Source of the DNA: a bacterium
GTDB taxonomy: Bacteria; Verrucomicrobiota; Kiritimatiellia; RFP12; CAIWXQ01
Direction of reading: 5' to 3'
DNA: 46,244 nt
Assembly (NCBI GenBank): GCA_037144015.1
Contig: JBAWXQ010000002.1
Location: 1-46,244 of the forward strand
The notes below the pieces were generated by a model. It had not been told where the DNA came from. It ran no database searches and saw only the letters and a program-made list of their open reading frames with translations. Position 1 is the first letter of the stretch; every line of letters begins with the position of its first letter. Both the position numbers and the translations under genes were made by a program. Below are positions 37,065-45,878 of the stretch, one piece after another.

Positions 37065-38123
37065 TTAGGCATAGGTGCACTCCCGCCAGGCTGTTTCGTA
37101 CATCGCCAGGATGTTCGCGAGCGGTACGTCCGGCTGGATATAGGTGTGGCCGGGGCCGACGATGAACCCGCCGTTTGCGCCGAGGATGCGGAAGTTCTTC
37201 AGCACCTCGGCGCGCACGTCGGCCGGCGATCCGCGGCTCAGCACGGTGATAAGATCGATCGAGCCGTAAAAGGTCAGCCGATCGCCGAAGTCGCGCTTGA
37301 GCCCCTCTACGGCCATGCCGGCCGCCGAGGTCTGGATGGGTTCGAGAATGTCCACGCCCGCATCAATCACGTCTGCCAGCAGCGGTCGTACCGCGCCGCA
37401 GGTGTGAAGAAGAAACTTCTTCCCGTGCCGGTGTACGATGCCGGCCATCTGCGCCAGGTACGGTTTGATGTGCTGCCGGAACATGGCGGGCGACAGGAGC
37501 GGCCCCAGGGCGGTGCAGAAGTCGTCGGCGATGTAATAGATGTCGAAATCGTCCCGTGCCTCGCGGCAGAGCCGCTCCAGCGCAGGGATGAGGTAGCCCA
37601 TGATTCTGCCGATAATTGCCGTCGCCAGTTCCGGCTGCAGCGCGAGGTCGGTCATGAACGCTTCCATGCCGCGCATGTGGGTGGCTTTGAAGAACGGCGC
37701 ATGCGTGATGTGGGCGATGATCGCCTTGTCGGGGGTTGCCGCGCGCACCGCGCGCAGGGTCTCGAACGAAAGCTCATCGGGTGTGGGCCAGTCGTAGGCT
37801 TCGATCTCCGCCACGGTCTCCCGGTTCGCAAGAGGGTAGACGCAGTACTCGCTGTACGTCCCGCCGGTGTAGGCCTGCTCCTTGGATCCGATGCCCCAGA
37901 AATCATAGCTGACGTCGCCTTCGGTGCGGATGCGCGGATCGTGGTGATCGGCGCCGACCAGGCGGGTGTCGACGTGCAGGGCGTCCCACACCGCATCGCG
38001 GGAGGCGACGCCGAAATGCTGCTGCAGGGAGGCAATCACTTCCTTCTCCGCGTCGAAGGTGATCGGCACCCGGTCCGGAGTCCGGTGCGCGATGGCTGCC
38101 AGGACGCGTTCGCGGCTGTTCAT
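37065..38123 (-). CDS. Uroporphyrinogen decarboxylase / MtaA-CmuA family protein
   Basis: MNSRERVLAAIAHRTPDRVP start after GGAGG; MRGME, IADDF, LHTCG, LKRDFGDRLTFYGSID, QPDVPLANILAMYE. Confidence 0.9.
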   Translation of the reverse strand: MNSRERVLAAIAHRTPDRVPITFDAEKEVIASLQQHFGVASRDAVWDALHVDTRLVGADHHDPRIRTEGDVSYDFWGIGSKEQAYTGGTYSEYCVYPLANRETVAEIEAYDWPTPDELSFETLRAVRAATPDKAIIAHITHAPFFKATHMRGMEAFMTDLALQPELATAIIGRIMGYLIPALERLCREARDDFDIYYIADDFCTALGPLLSPAMFRQHIKPYLAQMAGIVHRHGKKFLLHTCGAVRPLLADVIDAGVDILEPIQTSAAGMAVEGLKRDFGDRLTFYGSIDLITVLSRGSPADVRAEVLKNFRILGANGGFIVGPGHTYIQPDVPLANILAMYETAWRECTYA

Positions 38124-38144
38124 GGTTCCTCCCGCCTTCCCGAT

Positions 38145-38158
38145 CCTTGCATGCAAGG
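38145..38158. promoter_or_regulatory. Perfect 14-bp palindrome, possible operator
   Basis: CCTTGCATGCAAGG, about 20 bp upstream of the URO-D start. Confidence 0.3.
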
Positions 38159-38203
38159 CCCCATTTCGTACTTCGGTTGCCCCGAAGACGGTCGGCCCGG
38201 TTC

Positions 38204-40597
38204 CTATCCCATCTCGACAACCACCTGAATGACATTCGCCCCCGGCTGATGCGGAATGAGCGTGCCCGGCACGCGCACGCCGTCCACACGCACCTGCCGT
38301 ACACCCTTCATCACGCCATCCGGATTGCGCACGGTGATACGGTAGGTCACGCCACGGAAGACACGTGTGATCTCGAACCGCTTCCATGCGCGCGGGACGC
38401 AGGGGTCAATCCGCAGCCCGTCGAACTCAGGGCGGCAGCCGATGATGTGCTGCAGTGCGCCGATGGCCATCCAGGCGGCGGAGCCGGTGAGCCAGGCATT
38501 GCGACCGCGGCCAACGATGTGGAAGGGCGGCTGCGACACGAACTGGCACATCACATAGGGCTCGACCTCGTGCCGCTCGGCGGCGCGGCTCTTGCCGGCG
38601 GCGCAGAGGCGCTTGAAGTATTCCAACGCCTTGTCGCCGCGCCCCAGCGTCGCCTCGGCGGCAACCATCCAACTCGCCGCGTGGTGGAAGACCGAACCGT
38701 TTTCCTTGATGCCCGGAGGATAGATGCCGGCCGAGCCGATCTCCTCCATATCGAAGCGCGCGAAGGGGCGGTCCATGATCCTGTGCCCGTACGGGCTGCC
38801 CAGCCGCTGCTCCACATTGTCCAGTGCCTTGCGGGCCCGCGGGCCGGTGGCATAGCCGGCCATGACAGCCCAGGGTTGCGGTTCCAGGAAAATACGCCCG
38901 TATTCCGGCGTGCGTTTGGACCCGAGGACCAGACCATCCGTCTTGATCAGCCGCTTGTACCAGGCGCCATCCCAGCCGGACGTGTTGATGCGGCGGCCAA
39001 CCTCCGCGTAGCGGCGTTCCAGGGTGCGCGCATAGGCGGTGTCGCCGCGCCGACGGGCCAGTTCCAGTAAGGCATGCGTGGAGGCGCCATAGAGCGCCGA
39101 CGTGAACACGCTCTCGCTCTTGCGGTCGCCGGGGTTGAGCGAGTCGTTCCAGTCCGCGGCGCCGATTTGCAGCAGACCGTGTTTGCCGCGCAGGCGGAAC
39201 GCCAGATCGTTACAGCGCTGCAGGTGTTCGTACACCGTTCCCTTTGCCTTGGAGAGCGCATAAGGCAGAACCTTGTCCAGGAACGCGAGGTCGCCCGTCT
39301 CTTTGACATATTGATTCACGGTCATGGCCGGCCAGTTGTGATCGTCGTAAAACCCGTTGGCGCCCCAGGACCTGGTCAGCGGGTTGAAGTCGTGGCAGGC
39401 CGAGCCGTCCTCACGGATCGCGGAGATGATCTTTTCGATCATCTCCCGCGCGACTTCAGGGAAGGCGTGGGTGAGCCCCATCTGGTCCTGCGAAGAATCG
39501 CGGAAGCCGATCGAGCGGCCAATGCCCCACTCGTAGGATGAGATCGAACGCGACAGGCGCATGGTCACGGCGGACTGGTACTGCACGAAGCCGTTAACAA
39601 GCGTGTCAAACTCAGGATCCGGGGTGTGGACGACGAAGCGCGAGAGGCGCACGTCCCACCCGGCCTTGAGCGCCGCGAAGGCGCGATCCACTTTCTGCAG
39701 CGTGTCGTAGCGGCGGGCATCCTGCCGCCACGTCCGGTCGCTCGCGCTGATGCCGGTGCGGTAGGCGATGCGCTTGCTCTGGCCCGGCTTGAGCGTGAAA
39801 CGATGTTCGAGCGAGCCGATCGGGTAGCCGCCGTTCTCGCAGTAGTTGGTCGAGCGGCCGGCCTCAACCGCGGCCGGATTGCGCTCGTCGCGGTAGCGGC
39901 CGATAAACCGGTCGCGGTCGCCGTTGTAGCCGTACGGCTTCTCCGAACTGACATGATAACCGCAGTTCTGCACGAAATGCATGTCGTGCAGGCCGGAGCC
40001 GACATCGTTGTAGCTGTAGTGGAGGATGGCGCCATTTTCATGCCGCTGGCGGGAGACGTTCGGGCAGTTGTCGATGTTCATGAGGTCGCGCATGGCGCCC
40101 CAGAAGGCGAACTCGGCGTAGCTGAAGGTCGAGAGCCGGCGCGTCTTGCGCGAGAGGTTGGTCACCGTCAGATCCCAGATCTCCAGCCGCCCCTCGGGCG
40201 GCACGAAGTACGTGATCTCCGTGCGGATGCCCTCATGTTCCATGGCGATGACGGAGTACCCGGTTCCCACGCGGCAGGTGTAGCGGCAGTCGCTGACGGG
40301 CATGTGCACGGGCGCCCAGGTGCTCGACCAGTATTTGCCGGAATCGCGGTCCCGCAGGTACACATAGCGTCCCGGCCGGTCGTACGGCACGTTCTGGTAG
40401 CGGTAGCGCAGCAGGCGGTAGACGCGCGGGTCGGTGTCGTAGCTCACCCCGCCGCCGGTGTTGGAGATCATGGCGACGTAGCTGCCATTCATCAGGTAGT
40501 TGAACCACGGGCGCGGCGTGTCCGGCCGCGTGATCACGTACTCGCGGGTCTGAGGGTCGAAGTAGCCGTAAGGGCCTTTGGCAGTCGGATTCATCAT
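38204..40597 (-). CDS. GH94 glycoside phosphorylase (cellobiose-phosphorylase-like)
   Basis: YGYFD...EYVITRPDTPRPW, RYRYQNVP, GIGRSIGFRDSSQD, ADWNDSL, YPPGIKENG, WLTGSAAW; AAGGAG RBS before 40597. Confidence 0.92.
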   Translation of the reverse strand: MMNPTAKGPYGYFDPQTREYVITRPDTPRPWFNYLMNGSYVAMISNTGGGVSYDTDPRVYRLLRYRYQNVPYDRPGRYVYLRDRDSGKYWSSTWAPVHMPVSDCRYTCRVGTGYSVIAMEHEGIRTEITYFVPPEGRLEIWDLTVTNLSRKTRRLSTFSYAEFAFWGAMRDLMNIDNCPNVSRQRHENGAILHYSYNDVGSGLHDMHFVQNCGYHVSSEKPYGYNGDRDRFIGRYRDERNPAAVEAGRSTNYCENGGYPIGSLEHRFTLKPGQSKRIAYRTGISASDRTWRQDARRYDTLQKVDRAFAALKAGWDVRLSRFVVHTPDPEFDTLVNGFVQYQSAVTMRLSRSISSYEWGIGRSIGFRDSSQDQMGLTHAFPEVAREMIEKIISAIREDGSACHDFNPLTRSWGANGFYDDHNWPAMTVNQYVKETGDLAFLDKVLPYALSKAKGTVYEHLQRCNDLAFRLRGKHGLLQIGAADWNDSLNPGDRKSESVFTSALYGASTHALLELARRRGDTAYARTLERRYAEVGRRINTSGWDGAWYKRLIKTDGLVLGSKRTPEYGRIFLEPQPWAVMAGYATGPRARKALDNVEQRLGSPYGHRIMDRPFARFDMEEIGSAGIYPPGIKENGSVFHHAASWMVAAEATLGRGDKALEYFKRLCAAGKSRAAERHEVEPYVMCQFVSQPPFHIVGRGRNAWLTGSAAWMAIGALQHIIGCRPEFDGLRIDPCVPRAWKRFEITRVFRGVTYRITVRNPDGVMKGVRQVRVDGVRVPGTLIPHQPGANVIQVVVEMG

Positions 40598-40713
40598 GGA
40601 CTCCTTTGACATCACTCCGTTCTGTCAGAGTTGACAGTACGTCTACTTCTCTAACACTTGTCTTTGCAAGGGGTTGGCGGTCTCTCCGCCTTCTCCCCCC
40701 TTTCCTGTCCATT

Positions 40714-40800
40714 TCGGTTGACGCGTACGGCGACGCTTACGGTGAACGTTGGGGAGGATCTCCCCTCGTAATCCGTACGCGTCGCCGTGCGCGTCAACCG
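40714..40800. repeat. Long hairpin A downstream of the four-helix-bundle gene
   Basis: CGGTTGACGCGTACGGCGACGCTTACGG...GGGGAG-GAT-CTCCCC...CCGTACGCGTCGCCGTGCGCGTCAACCG; 6-nt ACGnnn periodicity. Confidence 0.9.
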
Positions 40801-40803
40801 GCT

Positions 40804-41559
40804 CTACCCGTGATGGTCATTACTCTTCTTGTTGCTCGCGCACCACGCGTGAAGCATCGATACGATCCTCGCTTGCATGGCTTTGCCGTCTACCACGCGA
40901 GAGGCGGTCATCTCACCGCGTGCAACCATCAGGTCGAGCGAGAGGAGGGTTTGGAAGGCATGTTCTTCAGCCAACTTCATGAACCGATTCTGATCCGCGA
41001 CACTCGACCGCCCATGGCCTTCGGCTATGTTCAGAACCGTGCCTGTGGTGCTCTCGTCCAGCTTTCGTCTTCTCCTCCTCTGTGCCAACTTCTCCAGAAG
41101 GCCGTGAGTCCACCGCACGGACTCCACAGAAACCCTGTACATATCAAGTTCCATAAACGGGAACCTCGGACTGCCGTATGAGGCAGATTCCTCGCGGACC
41201 TGGCCAACGCGTGCTCGCTTCAGTCCAAGCAGCATTCCACGTATTCGCCATAGTCTACCCATGCAGGCTGCATAAGCGTCTTCGTTGATGGCGCTCTTGG
41301 CCATGCACACATCCAGCGAAGCTGCGCACTCGTGCGCGGAGGCGATGGACACGTCCAACCAGGCTGAACGCTGCGCCGAATCGGGGGCATGCACGTTCGC
41401 TTGCATGAAATTCACCCCAATGCTCTCCATCGCTCTGTCCAGATGGTCAAACACCGCGATCGGCTGCTCAGCGCCTGAAATGATGTCGCCGCATTGGCCG
41501 GCGACCTCCAGATAGACTCTGTAGAGGTCAAGGCGCTCGTGAGATAACTCCGTTTGCAT
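40804..41559 (-). CDS. Tandem (two-domain) four-helix-bundle protein, 23S rRNA IVP / TIGR02436-like
   Basis: Two repeats: HERLDLYR...HLDRAMESIGVNFMQA...SAHECAASLD and FMELDMYR...KLDESTTGTVLNIAEGHGR; VREESASY linker; lower GC. Confidence 0.85.
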   Translation of the reverse strand: MQTELSHERLDLYRVYLEVAGQCGDIISGAEQPIAVFDHLDRAMESIGVNFMQANVHAPDSAQRSAWLDVSIASAHECAASLDVCMAKSAINEDAYAACMGRLWRIRGMLLGLKRARVGQVREESASYGSPRFPFMELDMYRVSVESVRWTHGLLEKLAQRRRRRKLDESTTGTVLNIAEGHGRSSVADQNRFMKLAEEHAFQTLLSLDLMVARGEMTASRVVDGKAMQARIVSMLHAWCASNKKSNDHHG

Positions 41560-41583
41560 ATCTTCGTCCTTTTCGCACTGCCG

Positions 41584-41688
41584 TCGGTTGACGCTTACGG
41601 CGACGCATACGGATCACGATCCGACTTCGCCAAGGGGGGCAGAGGGGGGAAGTCGTCCACCATAAGCGTCGCCGTACGCGTCAACCGA
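41584..41688. repeat. Long hairpin B upstream of the four-helix-bundle gene
   Basis: TCGGTTGACGCTTACGGCGACGCATACGG ... CCATAAGCGTCGCCGTACGCGTCAACCGA; arms are an inverted copy of those of hairpin A. Confidence 0.9.
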
Positions 41689-41729
41689 TTCCCGCTTTCA
41701 CCTTTTCATAGAACTCTTGACAGTACCCA

Positions 41730-44700
41730 TCACTCGCCACCCTTTCGGGCGGCGGACATGCGCATCACGGGGACGCCGACGGGAACGCGCCGTTCGGCCG
41801 TGTAGTTGCGTTCTCCATACCGCCGGGCCTGGTCATAATAGGAGACCTCGACATAGCCGCCGGCCACCACGGGCAGGGCATTGTTCGTTGCGTCACGCTC
41901 TTCGTCCGGCAGCACTTCGACGGTGTCGACGCTCCCCTCGAAAACGCCGCTGCTGACCTCGGTCTCGCGCAAATAACCGACCAGTGCCTGACCCGCGCTG
42001 CTTGCAAACTTCACCTTGATTTGATTGCGGACGTGTGGATCGGTATTCATGTCGGCATCGGCGATGCGCACGCCCAGCGGTTCTCCCGGGATGATCGCCG
42101 CCAGGGATTCCGCGGTCTTGCCGGGTTTCACGGCGGTGATCGCCGCGTCCGATCCCAGCAGGACCAGGTCGCCCCAGACGCTCGGGGTCATGGACGCCTG
42201 CTTGCCGAGTTCCGTGGTCCACCAGAAATAGGCATTGTCGCCGTTGTCGGTGCTGTAGTCGAAGGCGATGATCCGGCCCGGCGTCAGGTTCGGCTTCCGC
42301 AAGCGGGCCACCGGCATGAAGATTTCGACCTGGTAGCCCCGGGGATTCGCGGTGCGCTTCATGGCCATGCGGGGAGCTTCAGGCGCGGTGTTGTTGGCGC
42401 GAAACAGTTCGGTGCGGGTCCCCGGCATGATCATCTCCCCTCCCATTATTCCCGGCTCGCGGCGGGACCCCAGGGGCCAGAACCAGAACTGCTGCTGGTC
42501 CTCCTGGCGGATATCGCTGCGGCGATTGCTGAGATCGAACCACAGTTCCAGGCAATCGCCCTCCCAGAAGTTCTTCCGGTCGATGTTGGTATCGTCCTCA
42601 TCGTCCACCATCTGGTAGGCGAAGTAGAACCCGCTGTAGTCCCATTGCACCATGATATAGCGGTTGGTCTCCCAGGCCGCGGGAATGGGCTTGCTCCAGT
42701 GGGCCTTTTCGATGACGCCGCGGAGCGCGAACGGCCGCACGCCCGCCCATTCGGCCAGGTCGCCATCGATGGTCGGCGGGTTGGTCGCGAACGGCGCCCC
42801 GCCGTAGGCGAACGTCTTGAACTCGGGCGGCGCCAGCGTACGTTCGGCCTTAACCAGGGCATTGGTCGGCGCCTGCGTTCGGTCGCGGCGGGAGCCGACC
42901 AGGATGAGCGACGGCCGATTCGACGCGATCTCGGCGGTGGCGACCGAGATCGCATTGGTCAGCGACGGCGCCAGCAGCACGACCTCCTTCACCTCGCGCC
43001 CCTGGATCACCGTCTCGAGGTTCTTGCGGTATTCCGAGGGATTCTCCAGGAATCCGCGGCTGCGGCGGCTGCTCACGCCGGCCTTCAGCGTCTGCCCAAG
43101 TCTGGCCAGGTTGTCGCTCATGCCCGCGATTAACGTCTCGCGCCCGCCGGTCGAGAGGGAGCGCATCGCGCCGCCCCTTGCGTCCGCCATCCGCTGGCGC
43201 AGGGAGTCGGTCTGGCTCTCGCCGAACGACTCGGCGCCCGGCAGGCGGAGCGAGGATTTCGCGCTAACACTGAGGGCGCTCTGCGTGCCGGCCTTGAGCG
43301 ACTTGGCGAGCGAGTTTTCCAGCGCCTGGCCGACCGCGTCCATGCCGGTGTCGTCCCCGGCGGATTCGGCAGCCTGCGCGCCCGTCGTCTCCGGGCCCTT
43401 CTTCTTCCGGTTCTTTATCTTTCCTTTGCTTGCGCCATCCTTCGGCGTGCCGCCAGAGGCCTCAGCCTCGTCGCCGCTCGTTTCGTTTGCATCCGCGTTG
43501 TCTTCGGCGGCCAGTTTCCGGCGCACGGCGTCCGGCTTGACACCAAACTGCTTCGCCGTCTGCCCCATCATCTCGGCGAAGGCGTTGTCGAGCAGATTGG
43601 ATTCGCTCCCCGTGAGGAGTAGATCGGCGGCCTGCTGACCCACGCGCCTGACGAAGCTTTCGTCCTTCTCCATTCCCTTCCTGGCGAGCACCTTCCCCAC
43701 CAGGTCCTCGGCCTTGGCGCGGAACTCGGTGGCGACTTTCTCGCGCAGCGCCTGGCGCACGAACTCGCGCGTTTTCTCCCGCAACGCCGGATCCTCGGTA
43801 AGGGCGGCATCCACGGTCTCGACGAAATTGCTTTCGAAGCGCTGGGCCGCGCCGCCCAGGAGGTTTTTTTCGCTCGCGATCTGGCGCGACAGGTCGGAAA
43901 GGCGGTTGGTGGCGGCCACCATGTCGCGCTGCGCGATGGAGATCTCCATACGCCCCGGCCGCGGTCCGGATTGGGGGACCTGCGGGTCAGCGGGTTTCGC
44001 TGTCAAGGCGTCGGCAGCGTGCGTCACCGCCGTTTCGCCCGTATCGCGGACATCCTTCGCCGTCTGCTCGATCGCGCGGCTGGTCTGCGTCTCGGACCCC
44101 TTGTCGGCGGCCGCGGCGGCCTTCGCCAGGTGAGCCTGCGCGGTATTCAGCGTCTTCATGATCGCATCCATGCTGCCGCGCGCCGTGCCGGCGGACTTGA
44201 CTTCTTCAGCCGTCGGCCCGCCGATCATGCTTGAGAGTTCGCTGCGCGTGCGCGTCAGGTCGTTTACGAGGTTGGAGATCGCGGCGCGGCTCTGTGCGCT
44301 GGACTGCAGGGCCGCCGCGATGCTGTTGGCGGCTGTCAGATCCTTGGCCCGTTGCACGGGCCCGGCCACAACCGCATCGGTCTGGCGGGCCGCCGCGGCG
44401 AGCGCGTCGGCGACCGGCTTCTCGGCCTTGTCGGCCAGTGGCGCGGCTGTGCCGCGCAGATCCCGGGCCGCGCCATCGAGCGCGGTGCGGATCGCCTCCT
44501 GCGCCTCCGTTGCGCCCGTCCGGGCGGCCGAGGCTTCGCGCTGGGCGGCGCGCCGGCCGGCATCGGCCTGGAGCGAAACCGCCGCGACCGCCTGGGCGTT
44601 CGCCATGGCCTTGTCCAGAAGGTTTGTCGCGTTACTCGCGGCTGTGAGCGCCGCGGCCGCAGCCTTGGCCACGGCGGCATTGGTGCTGGCGGCAGCGGTC

Positions 44701-45875
44701 GTGAGCGACTTGGCCGAGTCGGCGACCGCGCGGGCGCTGTCCGCCAGAGCGGAGGCGGCCTTCTCGGAGGCCGTGGCGGCTTTGGCGGGGTCATTGCCCT
44801 GGAGAGACGCGGATGCGGCCTTGACCGCGTCATTGGCGGTCTTCGCGGCCGCGGCCGCGGCGGCGAACCCGGCTTTGGCGTTAGCCGCCTGGGCCTGCCC
44901 GGCCTGGGTCGCGGCTTCCTGGAGCGCCGCCAGCGCGCCGGCCAGCGACTTCTCGACATTGGCCTGGGCACCGGCCGCCTCCTTGAGTCGTGCATCGCTT
45001 TTTGCGGCGCTCTCGTCGGCTGCGGCCTTGGCGGCGAGATCCTTGTCCAGCGCGGCGGTCTGGCGCGCCGCCTCGGCGGCCGCCCGCAGGGCCTTCTCCA
45101 CGCTGGCATCGGCCTTGGCGGCGGCGTCCGCGCGCTTGCGGTTCTCGCCCAGCGTCCGCGCGAGATCCTCGCCAATGGCCGCGCTCTGGGTTTTGGCCTG
45201 GTCGATCTGCTGTTGCGCCTGTGTCAGGCCAGTGGTTGCGGCGGTGAGTTCCTTCTGGCGGCGGGCGCGCTCCTCGGCCAGGAGTTTATCCACCTCGCCG
45301 CGCGCCTTTTGGCTTTCCGCCTGGCTCATGAGTTCGCGGGTCTTCTGGTTGAACTCCGGCAGGGTCGCGGCGACACCGGACAACACCTGCGCGGCGATCT
45401 CGTCTTTGGTCTGGTCGCCCAGTTCGGCCATCAGCGCGTCGATCGCGGTTTCCCGCAGGCCGCGCATGGCCGCCTCCAGGTCGGCCGGCGTCAACTCCGA
45501 CAGGTTCTTCATGGCGAGTTCGGATGCGCTGGCCTCGATGTTCGTCTGCAGGGCGGCCAGCGAGTTGGTCCAGAACGATTCGAACGTGGCGGGCGCCAGA
45601 TCGCCGGCCGCCCTGCGAATATCCTCCTTGAGCGCCTTGGCCAACTCCTTCCTGACCTCCTCGCGGGCCGCTTCCTGCGCGATCTTCTCCGCGGCCCGTT
45701 GTTTCATGAGCATGACCTGCTCATCCGAAACCGGTTCCTCCTGCTTGCGAAACAGACCGAGAAGGGAGGGAACAACGATCATCCCCACCAGCGCCACGTG
45801 CAGGACAATCGAGATGCCGATGAACACCCGCAAGGGCGTGCTCATGACGGGGCGGGTTGGTTTGTCAGGGCTCAT
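41730..45875 (-). CDS. Giant TonB/TolA-like membrane-anchored coiled-coil protein with C-terminal CBM9-like domain
   Basis: N-terminal TM with S22/H26/I33/S37 (SHLS spacing); long Ala-rich helical region; PPTIDGDLAEW...FWEGDCLELWFD...GYQVEIFMP; directly downstream of exbD. Confidence 0.8.
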   Translation of the reverse strand: MSPDKPTRPVMSTPLRVFIGISIVLHVALVGMIVVPSLLGLFRKQEEPVSDEQVMLMKQRAAEKIAQEAAREEVRKELAKALKEDIRRAAGDLAPATFESFWTNSLAALQTNIEASASELAMKNLSELTPADLEAAMRGLRETAIDALMAELGDQTKDEIAAQVLSGVAATLPEFNQKTRELMSQAESQKARGEVDKLLAEERARRQKELTAATTGLTQAQQQIDQAKTQSAAIGEDLARTLGENRKRADAAAKADASVEKALRAAAEAARQTAALDKDLAAKAAADESAAKSDARLKEAAGAQANVEKSLAGALAALQEAATQAGQAQAANAKAGFAAAAAAAKTANDAVKAASASLQGNDPAKAATASEKAASALADSARAVADSAKSLTTAAASTNAAVAKAAAAALTAASNATNLLDKAMANAQAVAAVSLQADAGRRAAQREASAARTGATEAQEAIRTALDGAARDLRGTAAPLADKAEKPVADALAAAARQTDAVVAGPVQRAKDLTAANSIAAALQSSAQSRAAISNLVNDLTRTRSELSSMIGGPTAEEVKSAGTARGSMDAIMKTLNTAQAHLAKAAAAADKGSETQTSRAIEQTAKDVRDTGETAVTHAADALTAKPADPQVPQSGPRPGRMEISIAQRDMVAATNRLSDLSRQIASEKNLLGGAAQRFESNFVETVDAALTEDPALREKTREFVRQALREKVATEFRAKAEDLVGKVLARKGMEKDESFVRRVGQQAADLLLTGSESNLLDNAFAEMMGQTAKQFGVKPDAVRRKLAAEDNADANETSGDEAEASGGTPKDGASKGKIKNRKKKGPETTGAQAAESAGDDTGMDAVGQALENSLAKSLKAGTQSALSVSAKSSLRLPGAESFGESQTDSLRQRMADARGGAMRSLSTGGRETLIAGMSDNLARLGQTLKAGVSSRRSRGFLENPSEYRKNLETVIQGREVKEVVLLAPSLTNAISVATAEIASNRPSLILVGSRRDRTQAPTNALVKAERTLAPPEFKTFAYGGAPFATNPPTIDGDLAEWAGVRPFALRGVIEKAHWSKPIPAAWETNRYIMVQWDYSGFYFAYQMVDDEDDTNIDRKNFWEGDCLELWFDLSNRRSDIRQEDQQQFWFWPLGSRREPGIMGGEMIMPGTRTELFRANNTAPEAPRMAMKRTANPRGYQVEIFMPVARLRKPNLTPGRIIAFDYSTDNGDNAYFWWTTELGKQASMTPSVWGDLVLLGSDAAITAVKPGKTAESLAAIIPGEPLGVRIADADMNTDPHVRNQIKVKFASSAGQALVGYLRETEVSSGVFEGSVDTVEVLPDEERDATNNALPVVAGGYVEVSYYDQARRYGERNYTAERRVPVGVPVMRMSAARKGGE

Positions 45876-45878
45876 GTT

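Larger units (their letters stand above)
40714..41688. mobile_element. Putative inserted cassette: tandem four-helix-bundle gene between inverted hairpins
   Basis: Outermost arms form a 35-bp inverted repeat with 2 mismatches; no transposase inside; mobility is inferred. Confidence 0.55.

Noticed and set aside
30391-37726. URO-D repeat pair as DGR template/variable repeats
   Set aside because: Mismatches are mostly synonymous third-position changes, not A-specific.
37065-38387. hemE, and the 440-aa ORF-track start
   Set aside because: Motifs fit the MtaA/CmuA-like branch; the extension overlaps the GH94 gene, and a GGAGG-preceded start exists at 38123.
40804-41559. Diversity-generating retroelement (Avd-like protein)
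   Set aside because: No reverse transcriptase and no TR/VR pair with adenine-specific mismatches in the window.
3000-41688. CRISPR array from the recurring TCGGTTGACGC repeat
   Set aside because: Copies are inverted and dispersed, with no regular spacers and no cas genes.
40714-41690. TT target-site duplication directly at the hairpin ends
   Set aside because: Two bases is too short to distinguish from chance.
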